Origin: Candidatus Aminicenantes bacterium UBA6228 | GTDB lineage: Bacteria > Acidobacteriota > Aminicenantia > Aminicenantales > Saccharicenantaceae | Length of the DNA stretch: 64,000 nt | Assembly (NCBI GenBank): GCA_002441005.1 | Contig: DJWO01000002.1 | Span: 70,784 to 134,783, forward strand | Direction: 5' to 3' | Shown: positions 31,124 through 40,787 of the stretch, piece by piece | Layout: every line of letters starts with the position of its first letter | Numbering within the stretch: position 1 is the first letter of the stretch | Program-made: the position numbers and the translations under genes | Notes under the pieces: generated by a model | Seen by the model: only the letters and a program-made list of their open reading frames with translations | Told to the model about the DNA's origin: nothing | The model's database searches: none

Positions 31124-31271
31124 TTTTCTTTAGTTAGCAGACCATGTTGATGGTCTGACAAGGGAAGGTTTAAGTTAAAAAAGAATGAAACTTACGGGAT
31201 GGCTTTTTTCCTTTTTCCCTTTATCTTTTAATTATGCTCGGTCATGTGATTTGAATTGAGGGAGGTTTATC

Positions 31272-32729
31272 ATGCCGCTTACTACCTGGCTTATCATCAT
31301 CGGGGCTATTATAGTTTTTTTAGTTCTGGTCGGGCTGCTGCTGGGCACCCAGTACCGGAAAGTCGGTCCAAATGAAGCGTTAATCATTGCCGGCGGCCGC
31401 AAGAGGACGGTCACCCTGCCAGACGGAAGCAGGATGAAAGTCGGCTACAGGTACAAACTCGGCGGTGGAACTTTTGTCTGGCCATTTATCGAAAGAGTCT
31501 ATACCCTGCCTCTCGAAACAATTAGCCTGCTGATTAAAACGCCGGAAGTTTTAACTCATGAGGGAATTCCCATCATGGCTGAGGCCACGGCTCAGGTCAA
31601 GGTTGACTCGACAGATCTGGCTATCAGACTGGCTGCCGAACAGTTCCTGGGAACCGGCAAGGAAGGCATCCGCGATGTGGCTATGAATGTTCTCGAAGGA
31701 AAAATGCGGGAAGTCATGGGAACCATGACCGTTGAAGAAATTTACCGGGGGCGGCAGGAATTCTCGCGCCGGGTTGTTGAGATCACCAAAGAAGATTTCG
31801 GCAAGATGGGGCTGGTTCTGCTGTCTTTCTCACTCAAGGACATCAGCGATGCCCAGGGTTACATAGATGCCCTGAGCCGGCCGGTCATTGCCGCGGCTAA
31901 AAGAGATGCAGCTATCGCTCAAGCCGAAACCGAAAAAGAAGCGATCATCAAATCATCTCAGGCCAGAAAAGAAGCGGAAGTCGCCCGCCTGCAGTCTGAA
32001 GCTCAAATCGCCAAGGCTCAGTGGGAAAATGAAGCCAAGAAAGCTGAATCTCAGGTTCTGGTCAATCAGAAAAAAGCTCAAGCCGATTTCTCCTATGAAC
32101 TTGAGCGGCACAAAGTTTCTCAGGAAATAAAAAGAGAAGAAGCTAAGGCTCAGGAAATAGAAAAAGAAGAATCAATTAAGATTGAAGACCTGGAAATAAA
32201 ACGCAAAGAAAAGGAACTCGAGGCCAATGTTCTCAAACCGGCCGATGCCCGTAAGTACCAGATTCAGGCTGAGGCGGAAGCCGAAGAAGCCAGGCTGGTG
32301 GCAGAAGGCCGGGGAAAAGCTGAAGCCCTGAGACTGGAAGGCCAGGTAAAGGCTGAGGAAATAAAACTCCGCGGGCTGTCTGAAGCTGAAGCCATGCTCA
32401 AAAAAGCCCAGGCCTGGGAAAAATACAATGAGGCCGCTCTGCTCGAAAGCTACATCGGGGTGCTACCGGAACTGGCTAAGGCGGTGGCTGAGCCTCTGTC
32501 CAAAGTGGATAAGATTGTGATGATCGGCGGGGATAAGGGAACGGGAGCTAATCAGATAACCGGCCAGGTGACCCAGATTCTGGCTCAGATGCCAGAGGTC
32601 CTGAAGGCTTTGACCGGCGCTGATATCAGTGAGTATTTAAAAAATAAATTCAGCTCAAAAACTGAAGCTAAGGCTCAGGCCAAAGCTGAGACAGGTAAAA
32701 CTCAAGGCCAAACGCCTGAGAAAAAATAA
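31272..32729 (+). CDS. Flotillin / SPFH (band 7) domain protein
   Basis: N-terminal TM segment, an SPFH domain and a long Ala/Glu/Lys-rich coiled coil. Confidence 0.85.
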   Translation: MPLTTWLIIIGAIIVFLVLVGLLLGTQYRKVGPNEALIIAGGRKRTVTLPDGSRMKVGYRYKLGGGTFVWPFIERVYTLPLETISLLIKTPEVLTHEGIPIMAEATAQVKVDSTDLAIRLAAEQFLGTGKEGIRDVAMNVLEGKMREVMGTMTVEEIYRGRQEFSRRVVEITKEDFGKMGLVLLSFSLKDISDAQGYIDALSRPVIAAAKRDAAIAQAETEKEAIIKSSQARKEAEVARLQSEAQIAKAQWENEAKKAESQVLVNQKKAQADFSYELERHKVSQEIKREEAKAQEIEKEESIKIEDLEIKRKEKELEANVLKPADARKYQIQAEAEAEEARLVAEGRGKAEALRLEGQVKAEEIKLRGLSEAEAMLKKAQAWEKYNEAALLESYIGVLPELAKAVAEPLSKVDKIVMIGGDKGTGANQITGQVTQILAQMPEVLKALTGADISEYLKNKFSSKTEAKAQAKAETGKTQGQTPEKK

Positions 32730-32761
32730 TTGACGTCAGAAGCGTCAGAAGCAGGATTGCC

Positions 32762-35089
32762 ATGACCATCTCAGAAAGAGCCACGAAAATAGGTGCTTCC
32801 CCGACCTTAAAAATATCGGCTAAAGCCAGGGCGATGAGGGCGGAAGGCCTGGATGTCATTGATTTAAGCCTGGGGGAACCAGATTTCCCCACGCCAGAAA
32901 ATATCAAGGCGGCCGGTATTAAGGCCATCCAGCAAAACTTCACCAAATATACCGAAAATGACGGCATCCTTGAGCTGAGGAAAGCGGTCTGCCAGAGGCT
33001 CAAAGAAGATTACGGTTTGGAATATAAGCCGTCGGAAGTCCTGGTGTCGAGCGGGGCCAAAAATTCCCTGTTTAATTTGATTGAAGCCATCGTCAATGAG
33101 GGCGATGAAGTCATTGTGCCGGCTCCTTACTGGGTGACTTATCCGGAGGGCGTCAGTCTGGTCAAGGGGAAACCGGTCATTGTTGAGACCAGGGAAGAAG
33201 ATGGATTTTTGCTTACCCCCGAAAAATTGAGAGAAGCGATCTCGCCTTCGACCAGGGCTATTATCCTTAATAACCCGAGCAACCCGACGGGAGCAGCTTA
33301 TGGACGCGAACAGCTGGAGGCTCTGGCTGAGGTTATAAGGAAAGAGGACATTTATGTCATCGCCGATGAGATTTACAGCCGGCTGGTCTATGACGGTTTT
33401 AAATTCGTGAGTTTTGCCGCCCTGGGCGAAGATATCAAGAAAAAGACAATCATTATTACCGGCGTTTCCAAGACTTATTCAATGACCGGCTGGAGAATAG
33501 GTTTTGCCGCCGGGCCGGCCGAAATCATAAACGCCATGTCGAAGGTTCAGAGTCACACCACCTCCAATGCCTGTTCAATTTCCCAGAAAGCCAGCGTCGA
33601 AGCGGTGGGCGGGCCGCAGTTTGAGGTTAACCGGATGGTGGCTGAGTTTCAGAGAAGACGGAACTATGTGCTGATGAAGCTTCAGCAGATGGCGGGGATC
33701 AGCTGTTTTAAACCGCAGGGAGCTTTTTATGTCTTCCCCAATGTCAGGTCGTTTTACGGGAAAGAAGCTGGCGGGATTCAGATCAGAAATTCATACGGGC
33801 TGGCCTATTATCTTTTGAAAGAAGCCAGGGTGGCTATCGTGCCAGGAGATGCTTTTGGAGCCGATGATTATATCCGGATCTCTTATGCCACTTCGATGGA
33901 GAATCTGGAAAAGGGGCTGGAGCGGATGGCCGGGGCGCTGGCCAGGCTCAAGACCGCTAAGAAAGTAAAGAAGATTTATCTTCAGAATTATGTCACCAAG
34001 GTCAGAAAGCCGGTGCCGGTGGAGGTGGTGGGCGAGCTGAAGGTCCGGGATGCCTTAGTCACGGAAATAGAAAGCCACCTCGGCTATGACAATTATTACG
34101 AGTGGAATGCCAATATCAACGGGACAATTGTTCAGCTGCGGACCAATGTGGGGCATCTGGCTGATTTCTGGGTGGAGAACTGGTTCCCGGGACAGCTCGA
34201 AGCCGGGTTGGAGCCGCAGGCGGTAATTTACGCCGTGGATAATATCCCGGGAAGAGAGCCGCGGGCTTACTATCATCCTGAGACCAGAACGGGGCTGCTG
34301 ATTAACGCCGATAATTATGGATCGCTGAGGAAGCTGGCCCTGGGCATGGTGATAGACTCGGAAGAACATTTAGGGATTAACGCCATCCGGGGAATGGCGG
34401 TCGCCCTGGACGGAAAGAGCCTGGTTCTCGTGGGGCAGCCGGGAACGAAGAAGACCGAGTTGTTTTTTGAACTGCTGAAGGGCGCGGGGGTTCAGGCTCA
34501 GACCAATGAGATAGTTTTTGTCAGATTCTCAGGCAACCAGGCCATGGCGGATAGTGTCGAGAGGAAATTTTTTATCCCGGCTAACACTGTTGAACTTGAT
34601 GACCGGCTGGCCAAACTTTTTGACCACAGCAAGTGCGAGAACGTCGTAAGCAGAAGAGAAGATTGCACCGATCTGAGCTGCCCGATTCAGGCTGACTGCC
34701 GGCTGGATAAAGGCGCGCCCTATTGCTTCAGAGCTTCGAATGAAGCTCAGGCCATGCTCGATCCAGCCTGGCTGGCGGGGAAACAGGGTTATGCCAGAAG
34801 AACAAACTTGAAGTCGCTGGTCATTCTGAGAAATGACCGGGTATCACCGGCGGTTGTCGAGCTGAAGAAGGATGAAGCTTTGAGGATTCTGGAAAGCGGC
34901 GAGCCAGCGGGAGCGGTTAGAACGTCGGGCGCCAGACCACAGCCATTTTTCAATCCCCATCTTTTAGTCATAAACGAAGACAAACTGGCTATTCAGCGGA
35001 TGTTTTTTAGCCGGCTGCTCGGCCAGGTTAAATGCTATTTAGTAAATAGCGGGGTGGCTACACCCGCCGACCTTCAGTCCCTCTTGTAA
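32762..35089 (+). CDS. Fusion protein: class I/II (aspartate) aminotransferase domain + C-terminal HprK-like P-loop domain
   Basis: Residues 1-~400 carry the PLP-fold motifs (NPSNPTG, SKTYSMTGWRIG). Residues ~560-610, GMAVALDGKSLVLVGQPGTKKTELFFELLKGAGVQAQTNEIVFV, parallel the HprK catalytic core in this same window ([36 protein letters not shown]). The ORF is continuous over 775 aa. Confidence 0.75.
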   Translation: MTISERATKIGASPTLKISAKARAMRAEGLDVIDLSLGEPDFPTPENIKAAGIKAIQQNFTKYTENDGILELRKAVCQRLKEDYGLEYKPSEVLVSSGAKNSLFNLIEAIVNEGDEVIVPAPYWVTYPEGVSLVKGKPVIVETREEDGFLLTPEKLREAISPSTRAIILNNPSNPTGAAYGREQLEALAEVIRKEDIYVIADEIYSRLVYDGFKFVSFAALGEDIKKKTIIITGVSKTYSMTGWRIGFAAGPAEIINAMSKVQSHTTSNACSISQKASVEAVGGPQFEVNRMVAEFQRRRNYVLMKLQQMAGISCFKPQGAFYVFPNVRSFYGKEAGGIQIRNSYGLAYYLLKEARVAIVPGDAFGADDYIRISYATSMENLEKGLERMAGALARLKTAKKVKKIYLQNYVTKVRKPVPVEVVGELKVRDALVTEIESHLGYDNYYEWNANINGTIVQLRTNVGHLADFWVENWFPGQLEAGLEPQAVIYAVDNIPGREPRAYYHPETRTGLLINADNYGSLRKLALGMVIDSEEHLGINAIRGMAVALDGKSLVLVGQPGTKKTELFFELLKGAGVQAQTNEIVFVRFSGNQAMADSVERKFFIPANTVELDDRLAKLFDHSKCENVVSRREDCTDLSCPIQADCRLDKGAPYCFRASNEAQAMLDPAWLAGKQGYARRTNLKSLVILRNDRVSPAVVELKKDEALRILESGEPAGAVRTSGARPQPFFNPHLLVINEDKLAIQRMFFSRLLGQVKCYLVNSGVATPADLQSLL

Positions 35090-35102
35090 AGGGTGACTAA
35101 AC

Positions 35103-35125
35103 GGTGACGTAACACTCTGTCCCTG
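35103..35125. repeat. Degenerate copy of the palindrome arm of the 119-bp element (GGTGACGTAACACTCTGTCCCTG)
   Basis: 19 of 23 positions match arm 1 plus the loop of the elements at 36642 and 39992. Confidence 0.5.
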
Positions 35126-35195
35126 TTCTCGCAATTTTGTTTCATTTATTTTCAATCATTTACTAAATGGGGGGCGATACTCCGTTCTCAATTTT

Positions 35196-36585
35196 TTATC
35201 TTCCCTCTAAACAGATTCTATCCCCTTTGTATAAGCTAATTTTTTCGTATCTGGCAAGCTTTATCATTTCAGGGGTGAAACCACTTCGAGAGAAAAGCAC
35301 ATAATAAACTCGAGTCTTGGAATCTCCCCAGCTAACCAGTTGAGCCTTTCGTTTAAGTTCATTGAAGATGCCAACCCCTACCGGATTTCGGCTCCATTTT
35401 ACTTCGCCCAAGAGAAGGCTATTTTGCTTGCGGTTTAACCCGACTAAATCTATCTCCTGATTTTTGTCCCACCATCTCCCGAGTTTTTCAAATTCGAAGA
35501 AAAGGTCGGCTCGCTGTCGAATAATTTGCGCCGCTATTTTCTCATAAATGAAGGAAAGATAGACTGGCAATTCAGCTTTTATTTCTTCCAGAGCTTTATC
35601 GGTCTGGCCCATTTCGAGCTGACCACGTCTCGGGAAAACAAACTTAAACCAGAACTGAATAAATTCATCTTTAAACCGATATAAACCCTTCTTACTCTTT
35701 AGAGGTTTTTCTTCGGTGACCGGGATCTCCCTTTCAATGATATCAAGGTCAGACAGGACCCCTGAATATTTATTAGCTACAGGCTGGGAAATACCGGTGG
35801 CCTTAACAATCTCCCCTAACCGCCTTTTCCCTAAGGCAATAGACTGAAGTAAAGAAAAATAAAATCTCAGTTCTCTTAATTCTTCCCTTAAAATAAATTC
35901 AACCTCATCATATAACGGTTCGCCTCTGGTTAAAATCTGGCTTTTTAGGTTATTGAAAAAATCTCCCTTCCTTGATAGCCATAGCCAATAGGCTGGAGTT
36001 CCTCCGGCAGCAGCAAAATGATGCATATGATCCCCAAAAGATTTGCCCGGCCTGAATTTTCGGACATCCTGGAAAGCCAGCGGCTGAAGCTTCTACTGGC
36101 CAGTTCTTCTCCCATAGAGAGGAGCTTTATAATTCAATACTTCAGTTTCCATCATAGCCACACTTGAACCCATCAAAATCAGGTATACCCTGCTCTTAGA
36201 AAGATATTCATCCCAGAGCCGCTGGAAAATACCCGTGATTCCCCCGGTTGGCCTGGATTAGATGGGTAAATTCATCAAAAACCAAAACTAATTTCATATC
36301 CTTTTCTTTTATATAACGAAAACTCTCCTCCCAATTGGCAAATCCTCGCGTGGTAAGCAGAGGTTCTTTATAATAGTTCCCGAGTTCAACCGAAAATCTA
36401 CGCAGCTGTTCTTTCTCGTTAGCAGGCTCACTCAGAAAATAGACATGCGGTTTCGTGTCGATAAACTTTTTAACCAGCTCTGTTTTGCCCACCCTTCTTT
36501 TACCCCAGAGAATAATCATCTGAGCCTGGTCATCTGCCCATTTTTTCTCCAGAAACTCTAACTCTTTTTCCCGGTTGATAAACAT
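35196..36585 (-). pseudogene. DUF234-type AAA ATPase, disrupted by a frameshift and an in-frame TAG
   Basis: The N-terminal ORF (36208-36585) has Walker A GKRRVGKT and Walker B LVFDEF. The reading frame changes at a G5 run near 36230. An in-frame TAG follows ...LYGRRTGQ, then the frame continues KLQPLAFQDVRKF... into the C-terminal ORF (35196-36026). Confidence 0.7.
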
Positions 36586-36641
36586 AACATCCTCCAGATT
36601 ATTACTGATATACTTTAGAGTATTATACTTTTGGATAAAGA

Positions 36642-36760
36642 GGGGACGTGATACTCTGTCCCTGGGGACAGAGTATCACGTCCCTAATTTGCAACTCATT
36701 TAATTACAACAAGATAGAGATTTGAGATGAGAAAAAAGAGGGACAGGGTATCACGTCCCC
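36642..36760. repeat. 119-bp element: perfect 20-bp palindrome (GGGACGTGATACTCTGTCCC / GGGACAGAGTATCACGTCCC, 2-nt loop) + 55-bp AT-rich spacer + third arm copy
   Basis: Read directly from the sequence; identical to the copy at 39992-40110 except for the loop (tg versus ca). Confidence 0.9.
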
Positions 36761-38268
36761 ATGATAACTTTTTTAACCCTGGTCCGATAATCGAGAGGGT
36801 TGCCGCTGAAGATAACCAGGTCGGCTCGCTTGCCAGGCTCTAAGCTGCCAATTTTGTCGCCAACACCGATAATTTCGGCGGCATTAATGGTGATGGATTT
36901 TAAAGCTTCTTCTTCCGACAGCCCACCTCTTACCGCCAGCGCCGCCACCAGCGGTAACTCTTCCAGGGCAGCCAGACCATACTGCGTTTCACTCTCCAAT
37001 GCAATTTTAACTCCAGCTTTATGGAGACGTGCAGCATTGCTTATTTCAACGTTTTCTGTTTCCGTCCTTCTTGGCCCAATTCCCATCGGGCCAACAATAA
37101 CCGGGATCCCTCGCTTGCTTATTTCCTCAGCCACCAGATAGCCTTCGGCACAGCCTATAAAAACCGCTTTCAGTTTGAACTCATCCACCAACCTGATAGC
37201 GCCACTGATATCATCAATTCGGTAGCATTCCATAAAGGCAGGGATCTCTCCCCTCACCACTTTAGCTAGAGCCTCCAGCTTTAAGTCACGGCGTGGAGGC
37301 TGAATCGTGGTCGTGCTCTTCTTTTCCCTTTTGGCCTTAGCCAGACTGTCGTTATACTCAGCCCACTGACCAGCGTATTCTCTAGCTTCCAGCAAGGCCT
37401 GTCGAATCACATAAATATTCCCCATTCTGGTTGATGGCAACCGCCCTTTGCTGCCGAAAGCCTGCTTTGGTCCCTCGCCTATTGAAAACTTAACTCCGGC
37501 TGGCGCCAGTATTTTCATTTCGTCCACAGTCTGGCCCTTGAGCCGGACCACAGCCGCCTGGCCCCCAATCACCGACCTGCGACCAGGGCAGATAAGCGCA
37601 GCCGTAATCCCCGACGCTCTCGCCTGGGCTATTTTTTTGTCAAAAGGATAAAACCCATCAAGCACATCAAGCTGGGCAACGTTCGGCTCTGATAGCTCTT
37701 CATTCTCGCTCTGTCCTCGCTCGTCTACCAGGCCAAGCGATGAGTGGACATCAATCAGCCCGGGAAGTACCCAGGCCTCCGGTTCATCTATGATTTCAGC
37801 TCCTTCCGGGATTGGCAGACCCTTACCGACCGCCTTTATTTTCTCTCCCTCGACGATGACAACACCATGTTCGATAGGCGGTCCAGCCATAGTCAGAATC
37901 TTGCCGGCTTTGATTACCACTACTCTTGGCCCACCGGCCTGAGAACCAGATTCAGGTTCGCGGCTGGCATATCCGGCATATCCGGCCGCCAGCAATTCCG
38001 GATTAAGCAGATTTAACAAGCCCGGCATTAACCAGCTGACCGCCATCGACAAGGCCATAGCCAGGACCACATCAGCCAGGACAACACCAGTCAACCTCGC
38101 CACTCGCCGCTTAGTTCCGTTCAAAAAAATCCGAACTTTAAGCTTCAAGCCATCTCCGGGCTTGCCTTCGTTTAGGGCTGCTCTTCGGCCAGGACGATGG
38201 GCTTCTTTTTTGATGCTGCCCTCGCCGCCGATTGGGGTCGTTATTTTTATGACCTCTGTTTTCATCAT
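36751..38268 (-). CDS. Amidohydrolase-family metal-dependent hydrolase (paralog 1); membrane-anchored or secreted
   Basis: Amidohydrolase-fold motifs (GLIDVHSSLG). Start set at the internal MMKTEV because the longer ORF begins in upstream repeat DNA; the start is uncertain. Confidence 0.7.
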   Translation of the reverse strand: MMKTEVIKITTPIGGEGSIKKEAHRPGRRAALNEGKPGDGLKLKVRIFLNGTKRRVARLTGVVLADVVLAMALSMAVSWLMPGLLNLLNPELLAAGYAGYASREPESGSQAGGPRVVVIKAGKILTMAGPPIEHGVVIVEGEKIKAVGKGLPIPEGAEIIDEPEAWVLPGLIDVHSSLGLVDERGQSENEELSEPNVAQLDVLDGFYPFDKKIAQARASGITAALICPGRRSVIGGQAAVVRLKGQTVDEMKILAPAGVKFSIGEGPKQAFGSKGRLPSTRMGNIYVIRQALLEAREYAGQWAEYNDSLAKAKREKKSTTTIQPPRRDLKLEALAKVVRGEIPAFMECYRIDDISGAIRLVDEFKLKAVFIGCAEGYLVAEEISKRGIPVIVGPMGIGPRRTETENVEISNAARLHKAGVKIALESETQYGLAALEELPLVAALAVRGGLSEEEALKSITINAAEIIGVGDKIGSLEPGKRADLVIFSGNPLDYRTRVKKVIMGT

Positions 38269-38514
38269 CGCCCCTTTGACCTCAAAGTCCTTCAGACCTG
38301 TTTTCTGATTAATTTTTAGATTGGTTTCATTTGTTTCACAAGCCAATTGGCAGCTTCTGATATTCCTCATCTTTCCTCCAGAATGTCTAAAACAAAGTCT
38401 TCCCGGCGGCTCCTCTCATCGTGCCTCATCGTGCCTCATCGTGCCTTTTCGTGCCTTTTCCCGCTTTATTTCTCTTTTTGCGCACGCCGCCCTCATTATG
38501 TATTCAAGATTTAT

Positions 38515-39912
38515 TCAGGATTTATTCAGGCCGCTAACGACTCTCGGACTTTGGTACACCTCAACACCGTCAATAAAGACACGCAGCGCTTCCTCCCGGA
38601 CATCAAACAGATCCCCGCTCCAGACGACAAGATCAGCCTCTTTTCCGGGCTCGAGGCTGCCTATCCTTTTCTCGAGTCCCATCAGCCTGGCCGGATTTAT
38701 GGTGATAGCCCGCAAAGCTTCTTCCGGCTCCAGGCCATATTTTACGGCAATAGCAGCCTGGCTCCTGAGAAACGGCTGCTGAACAACGTCCGCATCGGTC
38801 ATGATACAGATCTCAACGCCATGGCGGTGCAGATAATCAGCCAGATTGACAAGGCGGTTGTCGTCATCGTAAACGATCATTCGTGGACCAACGACCACCG
38901 TCACTTTTTCGCGAGCCAGGTCATCGGCCACCTTATAGCTTTCTTCGGCGTGGGCCAGTGACAGCTTTGCGAAACTAAATTCTTTAGCCAGCCGGACGGC
39001 TGTCATGATATCGTCGGCCTGATCAACATGAATATGCACAGGTATCTGCCGGTCGAGAACCAAGGTCATAGCTTCCTTTTTCAGATCGCGTGGTGGCGGT
39101 GTGATAGCCGTCGATGGATTCTTCTTTTTCTCATTTTCATACTTTTCCAGGGCGGCACGATAGTCGGCTGCTTCGAGCATGGCCTGTCTCACCAGATAGG
39201 CTGTCCCCATTTTGGTCATCGGCATCTGACCCTTTTGAGAATAGGCTGCTTTCCGCCCGAGGGCCATTTTCATGTCGGCCGGGAAGAGGATACACATGTT
39301 GTCGACTGTTCCGCCGCGAAGCTTGAGGACGGCCGATTGTCCGCCGATAACATTGCCCGAGCCAGGTCTGATCACAGCCGTCGTGACACCTTCGGCTACC
39401 GCCTGCTGGAACTGATTTTTATCAGGTGCGACCCCATCGGGGTGAATCGAATCAATAATACGAAGCTGCGGTGTAACCGGATCGCTCATCTCATTATCTT
39501 CAGTTATCCCGCCACTTGGTCCAAGCCCGAGGTGTGAGTGAGCGTCAATCAGACCGGGCGTAATAATACAGCCGGAAAGATCGATAACTTCTGCGCCTGC
39601 CGGAATCTTCAGGTCTTCACCGATCTCAGAAATCCTACCGCTTTTGATGATAATCGTGCCACGCTCATAATTCTTACTCGCAGAAGTTAAAATCCTGGCC
39701 CCTTTAAGAACGAGAATTCTATCATTATCGGTGGGAGCGTAGGTGCCAGCCATAACACTACTGATCAAAAAGAGAAGGAGAGAAGACAGAAAAAGCGAGA
39801 TCGGCCCGAGACAGGGAATCCTAAGAGCTAACCACCGATCAACCGGCCCGCTCGAAACCGACTGAATTTCTGCTTGCCTCGGTTCTTTTTTATTAATTCT
39901 TTTTAACTCCAT
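38515..39912 (-). CDS. Amidohydrolase-family metal-dependent hydrolase (paralog 2)
   Basis: GLIDAHSHLGLG motif. Start set at MELKRINKK (39912) because the longer ORF reads into the 119-bp repeat. Confidence 0.7.
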   Translation of the reverse strand: MELKRINKKEPRQAEIQSVSSGPVDRWLALRIPCLGPISLFLSSLLLFLISSVMAGTYAPTDNDRILVLKGARILTSASKNYERGTIIIKSGRISEIGEDLKIPAGAEVIDLSGCIITPGLIDAHSHLGLGPSGGITEDNEMSDPVTPQLRIIDSIHPDGVAPDKNQFQQAVAEGVTTAVIRPGSGNVIGGQSAVLKLRGGTVDNMCILFPADMKMALGRKAAYSQKGQMPMTKMGTAYLVRQAMLEAADYRAALEKYENEKKKNPSTAITPPPRDLKKEAMTLVLDRQIPVHIHVDQADDIMTAVRLAKEFSFAKLSLAHAEESYKVADDLAREKVTVVVGPRMIVYDDDNRLVNLADYLHRHGVEICIMTDADVVQQPFLRSQAAIAVKYGLEPEEALRAITINPARLMGLEKRIGSLEPGKEADLVVWSGDLFDVREEALRVFIDGVEVYQSPRVVSGLNKS

Positions 39913-39991
39913 ATGTTTATCACTCCTCATTAACTCCGGGCTAACTATTGCTCCAATTTTATTAAATTCCCGTCGGGTAGGCAATCCAATT

Positions 39992-40110
39992 GGGGACGTG
40001 ATACTCTGTCCCCAGGGACAGAGTATCACGTCCCTAATTTGCAACTCATTTAATTACAACAAGATAGAGATTTGAGATGAGAAAAAAGAGGGACAGGGTA
40101 TCACGTCCCC
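39992..40110. repeat. Second copy of the 119-bp palindromic element
   Basis: Direct repeat of 36642-36760, about 3.35 kb away, in the same orientation. Confidence 0.9.
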
Positions 40111-40787
40111 AATTTTTGAGAAACCTGGGAGGCAAGAGCCGGGATGTCAGCCGGCGTCTTACCGGCTGTGTCCACCGGTGGATGGAAAATCACCTTAATT
40201 TTCCCGCGCCGCGGAAATATTCTGCCTTTCGGCATCAGTTCAAAAGTCCCCTTAATGGTAATAGGTATAATTGGCACCTGGGCAGCCACCGCTAAAAAAA
40301 ATCCCCCTCGCTTCAGGTCGTGTAGCTTCCCGTCGCGGCTCCGCGTCCCTTCCGGAAAAATCAAAAAAGAATAGCCTTTCTCCTTCATCGCCTGGACAGC
40401 CTCATCTATGCTTCTTTTGCCACCACTCATTCTTTTTCTATCGACCGGTATAAAACCGGCAAACCTCATTCCGGCTCCAACCACCGGTATCCTGAAGATG
40501 CTTTTCTTGAGGATGACCCTGACCCGCTGCGGGATAACATAAAACAAAAGCGGGCCATCGAGAAAGCTCACATGATTGGCCACATAGACATAACTTTTCG
40601 CCGGGTCAACGTTTTCGCGCCCCTCAACTTCTATTTTGAGCCCCAGGATCAGCCGGCTCACCCCCATCACCCATTTGCCTATATCCAGAACCGGATCCTT
40701 TTTCTTCACCGCCCACAAAACCAGCAGCACCGGGCTAACCAGGATGATGGCTATCAGATAAAAAATCAGCAAAATGACTGTTCGCAT
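40101..40787 (-). CDS. plsC: 1-acyl-sn-glycerol-3-phosphate acyltransferase
   Basis: NHVSFLDG (HX4D-type) and FPEGTRS motifs, with an N-terminal TM segment. Confidence 0.85.
   Translation of the reverse strand: MRTVILLIFYLIAIILVSPVLLVLWAVKKKDPVLDIGKWVMGVSRLILGLKIEVEGRENVDPAKSYVYVANHVSFLDGPLLFYVIPQRVRVILKKSIFRIPVVGAGMRFAGFIPVDRKRMSGGKRSIDEAVQAMKEKGYSFLIFPEGTRSRDGKLHDLKRGGFFLAVAAQVPIIPITIKGTFELMPKGRIFPRRGKIKVIFHPPVDTAGKTPADIPALASQVSQKLGT

Noticed and set aside
36676-36700. Sigma-54 promoter-like TTGCA within the 119-bp palindromic element (…CACGTCCCTAATTTGCAA…)
   Set aside because: The essential GG of the -24 element is absent and the spacing between the CACG and TTGCA blocks is 7 rather than 4 nt.
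40077-40295. Small ORF starting inside the 119-bp repeat (MRKKRDRVSRP…), a possible leader peptide
   Set aside because: The two repeat copies give different peptides after the shared 12 codons (copy 1 continues …PHDNFFNPGP…), so the ORF is not conserved. The ORF also overlaps plsC on the opposite strand.
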